Positions 1 through 10,210 of a stretch of DNA of 64,000 nt are shown here, piece by piece. Where the stretch lies: NCBI GenBank assembly GCA_963848135.1, contig CAWKCK010000003.1, positions 1-64,000 on the forward strand. The letters run 5' to 3'. Under the pieces are notes generated by a model. The model was not told where the DNA came from and searched no databases. It saw only the letters and a list, made by a program, of their open reading frames with translations. Source of the stretch: an uncultured delta proteobacterium (GTDB taxonomy: Bacteria > Desulfobacterota > Desulfobacteria > Desulfobacterales > SG8-13). Each line of letters opens with the position of its first letter. Within the stretch, counting starts at the first letter, position 1. Position numbers and translations under genes: made by a program.

Positions 1-18
1 GTAGGCGTTTGGCTGCCG

Positions 19-960
19 TTGGTTGTTCAAGAAACGGCGATAATGCTCACAATTGGTTTTGTGCTCGTCATCAACTTTGCCACTGAAGGACGCCAAAAGA
101 GATTTATCAAGAATGCATTCAGGCATTTTCTCAGTCCGGAAGTCATCGAACAACTCATCAAACATCCCGAACGGTTAACTCTGGGGGGGGAGCGTCGGGT
201 TCTTTCAATTTTTTTTTCAGACCTGCAAGGGTTTACATCTATCTCCGAGAATCTCGATCCGGAAGCGCTTGTCGATTTGTTGAACGAATATCTCACGGTA
301 ATGACCGATATCATCCATGAAGAAGGCGGTACCATCGACAAGTATGAGGGGGATGCCATTATTGCTTTCTGGAATGCGCCGCTCGACGTTCCGGACCATG
401 CCGTCAAGGCGGTTCGAGCAGCACTCCGGTGCCAATCGAAACTGGCCGAATTGCGCCCCATATTCAAGAAACGCGTCGGCGCGGAATTGCATATGCGCAT
501 CGGCATCAATACCGGTACTGCCGTCGTCGGCAATCTTGGCTCTCACAAGCGTTTCGACTACACAATGATCGGTGATGCCGTCAATTTGGCCGCCAGGCTG
601 GAAGGGGCAAACAAGCAGTTTGGTACCTTTTGCATGATATCTCAGGCGACAAAAGACCTGGTCGGCCGTCACTTTTTCTTTCGTGAGCTCGCAAGGTTGA
701 CCGTTGTCGGGCGGAAAGAACCGGTAACGGTTTATGAGCCTGCGACCGTCAAGGATTATCAAGTCAGAAAATATGCCTTAGACAAATTTAACCAGGGGTT
801 ACGATTATTTTATAACGGTGAAATGGCAGGTGGACTAAAAATCTTTGAAGAGATTCGTGCGGATGATTCTGCTGCTGCAGCCTATGCTGAAAAATGTCGG
901 ACGCTGCTGGCCACTGAGCTGAATGATTGGAAAGGGGTGTGGACGATGACGACAAAATAG
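19..960 (+). CDS. Class III adenylate/guanylate cyclase, C-terminal part (gene probably starts before the window)
   Basis: Motifs FFSDLQGFTSISE, GGTIDKYEGDAIIAFW, RIGINTG and DYTMIGDAVNLAARLE. The Lys in DKY favours ATP specificity. A TM helix precedes the domain. Confidence 0.92.
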   Translation: MVVQETAIMLTIGFVLVINFATEGRQKRFIKNAFRHFLSPEVIEQLIKHPERLTLGGERRVLSIFFSDLQGFTSISENLDPEALVDLLNEYLTVMTDIIHEEGGTIDKYEGDAIIAFWNAPLDVPDHAVKAVRAALRCQSKLAELRPIFKKRVGAELHMRIGINTGTAVVGNLGSHKRFDYTMIGDAVNLAARLEGANKQFGTFCMISQATKDLVGRHFFFRELARLTVVGRKEPVTVYEPATVKDYQVRKYALDKFNQGLRLFYNGEMAGGLKIFEEIRADDSAAAAYAEKCRTLLATELNDWKGVWTMTTK

Positions 961-1055
961 CCGATGACAGACAAAGGCCACTTGTTGCTGAAACTCGGCC
1001 AGGTTCATGGCTGACCGGAGCTTCGCTTTGATAAAAAAGAATGACTCATTTTCGG

Positions 1056-1226
1056 CTATATTTGATAGGTCCCATCCAAACGTTTCCAGATTTCCGCATG
1101 CTGCCGCTCAAGCTCTTCGATAGCCCTTTTATAGTCTTCCTTTGTCATTTTTCCAGACTTCAACCTGGCCTTTAAATAATTACGCTCAATATCGTACCAT
1201 TTATCTGGATCGAAATTGTATGTCAT
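1056..1226 (-). CDS. Small hypothetical protein
   Basis: MTYNFDPDKWYDIER...WKRLDGTYQI has a protein-like charged helical composition. Start chosen at ATG 1226. Confidence 0.6.
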   Translation of the reverse strand: MTYNFDPDKWYDIERNYLKARLKSGKMTKEDYKRAIEELERQHAEIWKRLDGTYQI

Positions 1227-1424
1227 ATTCTTATTATGCATGTTAAAATTATCTTCAGTCTGCCTCATGCTCAGGCTGAAGTCGCTGATAACCTTTCATA
1301 CCGCTTTTCACAATCAAAATTCAACATCCGAAAGTGTGGTATAAGTGATTGTATAATAAAACGATCGAAGAGCGGTAACAGTTCACAGGATTGCAAAGCC
1401 CTATGTGCATCACGCAACCTATTT

Positions 1425-1532
1425 GTAAGCATTTACAGGGTGACGCAGATGCAAGGCGTCGGGCGCGTAGACGTACTTTTGGACTTCAAGTGGCCGACAA
1501 CAAAGCAGATGCGGTGACCTGTGAATGCTTAC
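1425..1532. repeat. Palindromic intergenic element (family C)
   Basis: Terminal inverted arms gtaagcatttacagg / cctgtgaatgcttac. Internal gcagatgcaaggcg...caacaaagcagatgc. Similar to 25634-25734 in opposite orientation. Confidence 0.75.
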
Positions 1533-1623
1533 GAAGAGCGGAACGTTCTTTTGACAACCACATTAACAAGAAGGTGTCATCAGTTCAACAAATTGGATAT
1601 CCTAAACGTCATCTGACATCTTT

Positions 1624-2143
1624 ATGAACCACGCTACACCACTGATGATACATCCGAAAACGAAAATATGCCTATGCTTGGTGTTCATCACCATGACCAT
1701 GTCATGTTCGGGCCCTTCACTGGAAGAATACGTCTCTGAAAATTCGGCAGAGAAGGAAATTATATTACTATTGCTTGAATACCAGGATGCTAAAATTAAT
1801 TGTGATCTCGACCAATTATTGGCCTGTTTGCACGAAAAGGGTAAATATCATTTTGGAAGAGGCTTTATGATGTCGAAAAGTGAATTAAAAGAATCACTTC
1901 CATCTTTCTGGGCCGGCTTGAAATCTGGAAGCCGAATTGCCTATCCAATGAATCGAGAAATGATAACCGGTAATTACATCCTGACCGGGCGATTCTACGA
2001 CCCACAGATTGTTGTCAAACAGGAGACGGCTGAGGTCATTGTGACTTTTATAAAATGGGGCTGGAGATTGAGGCACTACATTCTTAATGGCGAAGGAAAA
2101 TGAGCAGTGGCTCATAAACCGATTGGACTGGGAAACCAATTAA
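1624..2143 (+). CDS. NTF2-like lipoprotein (apparent frameshift near 2082)
   Basis: Lipobox-like TMSC and an NTF2-like helix/strand pattern. A shifted frame continues MAKENEQWLINRLDWETN* to 2143, a typical NTF2 terminal strand. Confidence 0.6.
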
Positions 2144-2363
2144 CTTCTTTTTTCTGATACGTTGACGAGTTAAAAAGTATGTTTAGGATGGCAGTATCAA
2201 CACTTCGAAAGTGTTCGGCCCCTGGCATCGATAGATTGCCCAGCATCGCCAAATCAAATTGGATGTTCAATGGTCGGTTTAAAAATTCAATTCATCAGCG
2301 TGCTGAAACAACCCCCTGAAAAACAACGTTAACAACGAAAGAGAACATAAAGGAAGGGGTGAA

Positions 2364-2669
2364 ATGATAAACGTCATTGCATCAATACACGTTAAAGACG
2401 GCAGCTTGCCAGAGTTCTTGGTAATATTCAAATCCAACATTCCGAATGTGCTAAAAGAGGAAGGTTGCATAGAGTACATTCCAACCATTGACGTCCCCAC
2501 AGGCCTACCTCCTCAAGAATTGGACAAGAATGTCGTCACAATAATCGAAAAGTGGCGCCGTTTGGAAGACCTTCTGGCACACCTGTCAGCACCACACATG
2601 CTTGCGTATAAGGAACAAGTTAAAGATCTGGTTGATAAAGTGTCTCTTAAAATTCTGGAAAAGGCATAG
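2364..2669 (+). CDS. Antibiotic biosynthesis monooxygenase (putative quinol monooxygenase) family protein
   Basis: MINVIASIHVK...EEGCIEY...IIEKW...LAHLSAPHM, with a good RBS. Confidence 0.9.
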   Translation: MINVIASIHVKDGSLPEFLVIFKSNIPNVLKEEGCIEYIPTIDVPTGLPPQELDKNVVTIIEKWRRLEDLLAHLSAPHMLAYKEQVKDLVDKVSLKILEKA

Positions 2670-2905
2670 ACGGGACACTTCCGAAAATTCAATGACCTCC
2701 GGCAAAGACGACGGAATGAGTTGTGAACCACTCAAAGCGGTCTAATAAAACCATTATTTTGGGCAACCAGCCGGTCATTGAATGAATATTTATTATAGGA
2801 TGCCACTATCCGACCTGACCCGTTGTCTGCGATTTTTGGGCTGTGCTAACCCTGGCCCATGAACAGCAGATCTTTTGTCTGTACGGATACGTGTTTGCAG
2901 TTCAA

Positions 2906-3634
2906 TTACCAGACTAACCTGTTTAAAAATCCCAGTTTGGCCGTTATTAAGGTCATTTTTCCGGTTATCATCAATATTCCTAAAAGCACAAGGATTGCGC
3001 CGCTGATTTTTTGAATGAGATTCATATATTTTTTAATTTTTGAAAAAAACTTGAAAAATCCATTCATAGCCAGTGTGGTTAACAAAAATGGAATTCCCAA
3101 GCCAGCGGAGTAAACAATCAGCAGCATCACGCCCTTGCCCACTGTATCCATGGTGGCCGCATAGGTCAAAATGGCGGCAAGAATCGGCCCAACGCACGGT
3201 GTCCAGCCAAAAGCAAATGCCGCCCCAAGAAGTGGCGCTTTAAATAGACCCAGTTTTTCCGCTGGCAGGTCAATCTGCTTTGTGGACAGCATAAAACCGA
3301 ATTTAAATAGCCCAATCTGCTGAAGTCCGAAGATTATTATGACCACACCGGCGATACTTATCAGTAACGGCAGCCTCTGAACCAAAAATCCGCCCAGCCA
3401 GGTCGCCGATGCGCCCAAAACCACAAATACAAAAGAAAAACCGAGCACGAACATGACGGAACTGAGCATAGCAGATGCCATCTTTCTGCCCGACGGCCCA
3501 CGGCTGGTCATTTCATCAACAGAAAGGCCGGACACAAATGCGATATAACCCGGTATAAGCGGCAGCACGCAGGGAGACAGAAATGACAGAAGCCCGGCTG
3601 CAAATACAATGAGTAATGATAATTCCTGTTCCAT
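2906..3634 (-). CDS. ccdA: Cytochrome c biogenesis protein CcdA
   Basis: AGLLSFLSPCVLPLIP and AFAFGWTPCVGPIL motifs, with about 6 TM segments. Confidence 0.95.
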   Translation of the reverse strand: MEQELSLLIVFAAGLLSFLSPCVLPLIPGYIAFVSGLSVDEMTSRGPSGRKMASAMLSSVMFVLGFSFVFVVLGASATWLGGFLVQRLPLLISIAGVVIIIFGLQQIGLFKFGFMLSTKQIDLPAEKLGLFKAPLLGAAFAFGWTPCVGPILAAILTYAATMDTVGKGVMLLIVYSAGLGIPFLLTTLAMNGFFKFFSKIKKYMNLIQKISGAILVLLGILMITGKMTLITAKLGFLNRLVW

Positions 3635-3636
3635 AA

Positions 3637-4288
3637 TTAATAATTTGAGTTAATTTCCGATTCGACTAGTTCTTGTAATTGTTTGTAACCAAAGCTGAGG
3701 GAGCGGTCTTCCCATTTACAAAAAAACCAGGTGTTTTCCTGACGTTTAGAGTTTTAGCATCTGCATATCCTGCTCGATGATTTTTTCAATTTCAGGATCA
3801 TTCATATCATTTCTAATTTTTTCTAAATCGAGCCCTGCCTTTGGAAGAAACTTCCATATTAATTGAGGCTGTGGATTGTGATGACTGGCCCAGTAGCGCT
3901 GGGTTTTATACATAACCTCCAAAGTCTCCCAATATTTTCCTTGTTTTCTTGAAGCTTCAAGAATTTTGACCATATAATCCGCTCCTTTATGAAAAGGGGC
4001 ATATCTGACGACCAGTTTGATTTTATCCTGGTAAATTGACATCAATTTCTTTACGAAGGGTGGAATCTGCTGCAGGTTTCGCATGCCAGGATCTGTAAAT
4101 TTTACAAGATAGATTTTCGCATCCTCACTGCCAAGCGTTTGCGAATATTCTCTAACAAATGTTGAGGCGTTTTCCTGGGCTAAAAACCCATATTTTTTTA
4201 TTTGCTGGTTTTTATATATATAAGCGCCAAGCACAAACAAAAGAATAAGAAAGCTAATGGATATTAATACTATATATTGTTTTTTCAT
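3637..4288 (-). CDS. DsbA/BdbD-family thiol-disulfide oxidoreductase (multiple frameshifts)
   Basis: Frame-corrected it reads ...FTDPACETCSRFHPFVKK...VVRYAPFHKG...ADAKTLNVRKTPGFFVNGKPLPSFGYKQLQELVESEINSNY*. Confidence 0.85.
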
Positions 4289-4721
4289 TTAGAAAGTCTC
4301 CTCTTTAATATCAGAAGTAATACTACTATAGTCGAAAATGATATCAGTGAAAGCATCGGAATTGTCAAAAAACCAAACAAGTCCAGGTAGGTTTCTGAGC
4401 ATGAAACACCCTGGCTGCAGGGTTGCAGGTTTTCAGGAATGAATCCGGAATACAGAAGGTAATGATAAAATGCGAATCCCCATCCAACTAAAGCTATAGG
4501 AAGGGCATACTTGATAATGCTTTTATCAAACGGAAAAGAGCCCGACAAAAAAAATAAAAACCAGGGGGAACATGAATATTCTTTGATACCAGCATAAAGA
4601 ACAGGGAGGAAATTCCATTATTTCACTGAAAAACAAACTCCCCAGTGTTGAGACACTGGCGATAATCCAGCATATAAAAATGATAGTCCAATTTGAATTG
4701 GTCTTTATCTAAATTGGTCAT
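4285..4721 (-). CDS. Disulfide bond formation protein B (DsbB/BdbC family), frameshifted
   Basis: Upstream of the tracked ORF the minus strand reads [36 protein letters not shown]. Second Cys pair PCSQGVSC. Confidence 0.88.
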
Positions 4722-4775
4722 ATTTGTTATTTTCCAGTAAATTGTGCAGCAAGCGGATAAGTTACATTATTATCG

Positions 4776-5329
4776 TTAATTTTTCTGAATCAGATTTCGA
4801 AAATAATGAATAACATCAGGGGTAGCCCATTCTCTTGGCCCAATGATTTTTTCTACAATAATCCCGTCTTTATCAATGATAAAGCTTTCAGGGACACCGG
4901 TTGTCTGATAAAGATCTTTTATGGTTCCTTGAGTGTCGGTAAGCGCAGGGAAACTCAGCTTGTGTTTTTTCATAAAAGGAGCCACGACTTTGTCTCCCGA
5001 TGCGTCAATACTAACCGCCAAGATTTCAAAATTTTCGTCTTTCAGCTCTTGATAGAGTTTTTCCAGGACGGCAAATCGGCCACACAAGGAGGACACCATG
5101 TTGCCCAAATGTTAAGGAGGACAGTTTTACCTTTGTAATCAGCCAGGCTGACCATTTTGCCGTCAAGTCCAGGCAAGGTGAATACTGGCGCAGCCACACC
5201 TTTCTTAAGTCGGGGGGAGCCTGAGAAATCAAAAGAGGAATCTTTCGTTTGAAGCAGAACTGAGATTCCAACACCGCTAATTATCAGGAAAATTAAAAAT
5301 ATGGATTGAATGTTCACTTTTCGGGTCAT
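4776..5329 (-). CDS. TlpA/ResA-family thiol-disulfide reductase (frameshift near 5065)
   Basis: The N-part (5042-5329) has a TM anchor plus LLNIWATWCPPC. The C-part (4776-5108) has LEKLYQELK...ILAVSID...YQTTGVPESFIIDKDG. Confidence 0.9.
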
Positions 5330-5461
5330 TTATGTTTTCACTTTCATTTATCCAGGCGCATGGTCATCCGGATTTTTCATAACCTCGGCTTCCGACAGCT
5401 GTTCCCTCTGTGCGGGGTCGATTTATAGCCCCTTAGCGGCGGTCTCGCTGGAGGGCTGAAT

Positions 5462-5607
5462 TACAAGGTATCTCAAAATAATCTTTTCGCCCAAACTCGG
5501 CGTTCGGCCCTTCTTTCAAGTCTTCGACATACTTGAGTATGCCTGCGGGTTGAAACTCGGGCCCGCCTTGATTTTGACCAAAATTCTTTATCTTTGAGAT
5601 GCTTGTA
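5462..5607. repeat. Palindromic MITE-like element (family A), TA-flanked
   Basis: ta|caaggtatctcaaa...tttgagatgcttg|ta. Co-linear with 7128-7270, sharing the core cttttcgccc...tcaagtc.tcgacatac.tgagtatgcctgcgg...cgccttga. Confidence 0.85.
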
Positions 5608-6040
5608 GTCTTGATCTCCATCCACGAATAGTGTCTGGCACCTTGGTGTGTCCAATTCATATGCGCATCGCTCTCCTCAACACTTGAACCAATAAACAAA
5701 ATGCATGATGAAAAAGAGGGGGTTGGGGAAAAAGTTACCTATCGCACGACTATTATGACAATTTATATAAGAGTGTGAGAAGGGGCTAACGCTGGCTGAA
5801 TGTTACAATGGACACAATTTCGGCACGAGAATCTGCCAAGTGTGAGCCTATCCAAGGAAGCTATAAATCAACAGATAATCGATTTAGTAAGAATATAAAT
5901 TGAGGTAGGATGAAGGAGAATTAATTGAGATTCTAGGTTTTAGAGCGTTTTTAAGACCATTTGCTACATGAAAGGAACCGAATTCCTTAACCTGTGCAAT
6001 AGGGCATTGTTGCGATGATTTATAATAACAGGTGGTTAGG

Positions 6041-6382
6041 CTAAATCCGCCACAAGGTCAATTTCACAACCACTGGATTCATCGTCAACATCCTTCGGCA
6101 ATATTTCTGATTCAGTGTCCATGGCAGTGTTCGGTTACGTCTATGTGACAGGGATGCACTGCATTTGATGCTCAGCGTTGCATCGGCTTGTATTCTGCCA
6201 ATTGCAGGGATACATCTGTCTGTAAATGCTCCGCAACAAAGTGGTTGCGCAAACACAATACCATAGGTCACGATCCACGATATGAAGAGCGCCAATGTTA
6301 ACTGTGCCGGTTTTGTGTACATTTCTTTCATTTTAATCCTTAAGCAGACAACCCAAAAACCACATTGTGGCACATATGTCAA
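6041..6382 (-). CDS. Hypothetical Cys-containing protein with N-terminal hydrophobic segment (possibly frameshifted)
   Basis: ORF with a hydrophobic helix followed by CC, lying upstream of the Dsb operon. No family recognised. Confidence 0.3.
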   Translation of the reverse strand: MTYVPQCGFWVVCLRIKMKEMYTKPAQLTLALFISWIVTYGIVFAQPLCCGAFTDRCIPAIGRIQADATLSIKCSASLSHRRNRTLPWTLNQKYCRRMLTMNPVVVKLTLWRI

Positions 6383-6439
6383 CGGTTGACTATGGCTAAT
6401 AGAGATTTAATTTGCATTGAAAATGCGAGGTTATCGGTA

Positions 6440-6877
6440 AAAGTTGAAATTAAGCTTAAAAATACCCCCTGTTGCGCAGGGCATAATGGCATTAATATTC
6501 AATTGGTAATTCTCGGTATCTTCCATTTTCCAATTGATATCGTGTTAGAGGCGCTGTTTCTTTGTAATTATTTTATAGGCGTTTTGGTCGGAGTATTTGG
6601 AATTTCAGCAATAAATACATACAAGTGTTGATCCGAGGTGTCCAGTAAAGCGAGTAAGCTCGTAGTGTCGGTATTCTCAAGGACGGGCAACTCAAGTAGC
6701 TCGCCATTGGACGTATTAAGGCATCTCCGACTGACGAGCTCTAACCCGTTTCTTGGCGCTTATTTTTTGTGGCCTACAATTAATCAATTTCAAATAGTGC
6801 CGGAAGAACAAATACTTAAACAAAAATTTGGTGAAAAATATGTACAATATACTAAACAAGTACGGCGTTGGCTGTAA
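6440..6877 (+). pseudogene. Degraded isoprenylcysteine carboxylmethyltransferase/PEMT-family gene
   Basis: Fragments LKIPPVAQGIMAL and INQFQIVPEEQILKQKFGEKYVQYTKQVRRWL*, with stops and a missing middle section. Confidence 0.7.
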
Positions 6878-7127
6878 GTTATTGGAGCTATGCAACGTCT
6901 TCACCTTCAGCACTAAAACTGGCTGTAAGCACAAGAAATTGTCTATGAAAGGTTGAGGTTCGAGATACAAATAGGTTATTCGTAACGAATTTTTTCTGCT
7001 GGAAATTACGATTGTTCCATCCTATACACCGTTTCGATGAATCGATCGCTCAATTCGAGATGGCCAACCAGTTTATACTTCTCTCCCCTGCCCGTGAATA
7101 GAATCCAAATTTGCGGAATCAGTTATT

Positions 7128-7270
7128 AGAAGGCATCTCAAAAAAGTCTTTTCGCCCGATATCGGCGTTGAGCCCTTGTCTCAAGTCCTCGACATACCTG
7201 AGTATGCCTGCGGTTGATCCTCGGTCTCGCCTTGACCTCGACCGAAAATCCTAATTTTGAGATACCTTCT
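7128..7270. repeat. Palindromic MITE-like element (family A), second copy
   Basis: Inverted termini agaaggcatctcaaaa / ttttgagataccttct (15/16 complementary). Core shared with 5462-5607. Confidence 0.85.
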
Positions 7271-7288
7271 GCCGCCCTTTTCCCCCGC

Positions 7289-8546
7289 TTATCTGAACCG
7301 CTCGACTCTCAAAGCGGATAGATTAACATCAGGGCGTTCACCGGCCGCCAACTGGGCAATCAATTTACCCGTTATGGGCGCCAAAGATATACCTTTCATA
7401 GCGTGACCGGCGGCAACAATAAGATTGTCAAAGTGTGTGTGGCCTTCCGATGTACGGTAACCCGTCCGGTGTGCAGGGTCGTAAACCGCGCCAGATTTCA
7501 ACCAACTCAAGCGCGCGCACATCAAAACCCGGCAGATACATTGGAACGCTTTTCAAAATTGCTCTAACCCGGCGCAGGTTAATCGTCAGATCGTGGCCAG
7601 CCAATTCCAGAGTCCCGGCAAATCGCAATACTTCGGCCATGGGCGTGACCGCTACTTTGGCTTCGACCAAAATCATGGGTATCTCAGGATATTTCGCTGG
7701 CCGTTTGTAGCTGATGCTATAGCCTTTGGCCGGCTCAACGAACAATTTGATATTGAGATCCCGAATTATCGATGGAGACCATGTTCCGCCGGCCAGAACA
7801 ATTTCTTTAGCCGAAAAATCACCACGGGTCGTCAGTACCGATGTGACCCTGCGTCCGGATTTCTTCATCCCGACAACTTCGGTATTCGTATGGATGACAG
7901 CCCCATTTTGTTTGGCATGAGCAGCAAGTCCGTAGACAAACCTCTCCGGAACTAAATGGGCATCCTGGGGAAAGAAAACGCCGCCCACGATGTTGGTTTC
8001 AATCGCAGGAAACAAATCGTGAATTTCATTCTTGTCCAAGACCTGATTTTCAAGTCCAGATGTTCTTAGCATCCGGGCCGCATGAATGCCCTTTTCTAAT
8101 TCCCGTCGGTCGCGATAGGCGTCAACAATTCCTTTCTGCTTCAATCCGATATCGAGTTTATCATTGGCAGCCAATTCTTTAAAAAGAGCCATGCTGTGCA
8201 ATTGGAGGTCTCTTAGGATCGGTACCGCTCTGCGAAGATGACCGTCGGTGCAATGACGCGAAAAGTTCCATAGCCACCTCCAAAAATTAATGTCAAACCG
8301 GGGTTTGATATAAAACGGGCTTTCCGGATCAAGCATCCACTTAAGCCCTTTGGCTATCACGCCGGGCGCAGCAAGGGGAATGCTCTGGCCCGGTATGACA
8401 AGACCGGCATTGCCGAGGGAAGCGCCGCAACCGATGTCTCCCTTTTCGACCAAGGTGACTTGCCGTCCCGAACGATTCAGGTAATGCGCACAGCAGACGC
8501 CGATTGCCCCGCCGCCGATAACGAGAATATCAGTGTGTTTTTTCAT
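7289..8546 (-). CDS. dadA: D-amino acid dehydrogenase-family FAD oxidoreductase (frameshift near 7435)
   Basis: ILVIGGGAIG, GASLGNAG, PLAAPGV, AKGYS, WRGLRPCTPDGLPYIG. The C-terminus NLIVAAGHAMKGISLAPITGKL is in the adjacent frame. Confidence 0.88.
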
Positions 8547-8956
8547 AACTTCTCGCAATGAAAGATCAAGATTAAGGTTGGAGCCATTACCAAATGTTGA
8601 ATTATCTCAGCCTTACCCATTTGACAAGAATAAAGCCTTTGACAACTCGACAAAGATCCTTCTGCCGAAATTTCATCAAGTTGAAACTGATTGAGTCGTT
8701 GAGCGCGTTCAATTTGTACTGCTATTGGCATTTTATTATCCCATTGCATATAAGAAACGCGACTTTTGAGGCGGAAATCGAGACATCACTACCGATTTTC
8801 CGATTAAACCTCCTTAACAATAACAATCACTGGCATATTGGAGCGCAATGCGTAAACTGTCCTAAAGTTACACCCCGGCTCAACAGATCAATCTTGACAA
8901 TACAACATGCTTTGACTATTCGGTTATTTACTATTTGTGAGACAATAGACGCTCAA

Positions 8957-9010
8957 CAAGGCTGTTCGAAAAGGTCATGAGCGCCGGAAAAATACGACGA
9001 AAAGATGGAA
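8957..9010 (+). repeat. Truncated left end of a family B element
   Basis: caaggctgttcgaaaaggtcatgagcgccgg...gacgaaaag resembles caatggtgttgaaaaacgtcatgagcagccgg...gacggaaaag at 13533. Confidence 0.5.
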
Positions 9011-9057
9011 TAAAAGAATTCTAATAGAGCTCTTTTAACTTTTTTAGAAAGGAGGAG

Positions 9058-9855
9058 ATGAGACTGAACCCTGCCACTCGAAACAGAAATCAAATTCAAA
9101 AACCATCTTCTTTTGTCCACCTCTCTTTTGTCATTCTGATCCTGCCAGCTGTGGTTATCGTGAGCGCATCTTTAGTTGCAGCGACCCTGGCTTGGAGCGC
9201 GAACGATCAGAAGAAGAGTGCATACTCCCTACAAGTTTTCAACGGCATAAAATCTGAAAAGAAATTGGCTCAAGGAATGTTTCTGGTGGCTGACCGCCAA
9301 ATCATGGATCCGAGTTTTCGTGAAACAGTGGTGCTACTCATTCATTATGGACCGGACGGCGCCATGGGGTTGGTGATTAATCGACCGGTGCAGGTAAAAC
9401 TTTCGACTATACTACCAGATATAAGAGAGCTAGACCAGAGTACAGAGACCCTGTATCTCGGGGGACCAGTCGAACCCTCCACGGTCCTGCTTCTCGTAAG
9501 ATCGGCCAACCTACTAGGATCGTCCAGGCCGGTGTTTGACGATGTCTACCTCAGCTCAAGCCAGGAAATGCTCCAGCGCCTTATTGAAAACCCTTCCAAG
9601 GAAGAGAGGTTCCAAATATACGCCGGTTATACCGGCTGGGCACCCAATCAACTTGAATCTGAATATGACAGAGGGCACTGGCATGTTTTGGAGGCGGATA
9701 CTGAAACACTGTTCGACAAGAAACCCTCTGAAATTTGGCATGAACTGATTCATCGGGTCTCGATACAATGGGTTCGTACCATTAATTCCGGGAAATTGTT
9801 GCAACAAAGCTACCTGAATAATCAGGTGCGTCGGAAGATCATCAAAAGAAACTGA
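9058..9855 (+). CDS. YqgE/AlgH family protein with N-terminal hydrophobic extension
   Basis: FLVA...DPSFRETVVLL...GAMGLVINRP, LYLGGPV, YAGYTGWAPNQLESE...W. Confidence 0.9.
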   Translation: MRLNPATRNRNQIQKPSSFVHLSFVILILPAVVIVSASLVAATLAWSANDQKKSAYSLQVFNGIKSEKKLAQGMFLVADRQIMDPSFRETVVLLIHYGPDGAMGLVINRPVQVKLSTILPDIRELDQSTETLYLGGPVEPSTVLLLVRSANLLGSSRPVFDDVYLSSSQEMLQRLIENPSKEERFQIYAGYTGWAPNQLESEYDRGHWHVLEADTETLFDKKPSEIWHELIHRVSIQWVRTINSGKLLQQSYLNNQVRRKIIKRN

Positions 9856-10138
9856 TACAGGGGAAACCGAAGCCAGATCACTTTCTCCTGAGGTTCTCCA
9901 ACGATGAAATGCACCATGGCTTTATACCACGGTTAGGGTATAGTTGTTTTCGGCTGGAGAAAGAAAAACCCTTTGTTAGAAAGCTTCGATAAAGATACAT
10001 ATCGACCTTATCATAGGTCAGACTAAATTACAGATACGTTGGAGGCATCAACAGGTTTATATGAAGATTTTATATATGATTTTAAAATGTTATCAAACAT
10101 AGAGCGTTGCAGTCGGATATGGCGAATACAAAAACGAA

Positions 10139-10170
10139 AAGACCCCGAAGATCTTAATCCACGGGGTCTT
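10139..10170. terminator. Intrinsic terminator-like hairpin
   Basis: aagaccccg...cggggtctt between convergent genes, preceded by an A-run that is the U-tail for the minus strand. Confidence 0.6.
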
Positions 10171-10210
10171 CTGAATAACCGACACCAGTGTATTTCAAAG
10201 CTCAGAAATA

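Noticed and set aside
1236..1627. ORFs 1236-1517 and 1391-1627
   Set aside because: They overlap the family C palindrome and show no protein-family signal.
4776..5329. Selenocysteine or programmed frameshift in tlpA
   Set aside because: The active site is plain CPPC, the break is an indel with no evident slippery site, and the region is full of similar indels.
5433..5699. ORFs 5433-5699 and 5473-5655
   Set aside because: They read through the family A repeat and are most likely spurious.
8543..8980. ORFs 8543-8749 and 8594-8980
   Set aside because: AT-rich divergent promoter region with no RBS or family signal.
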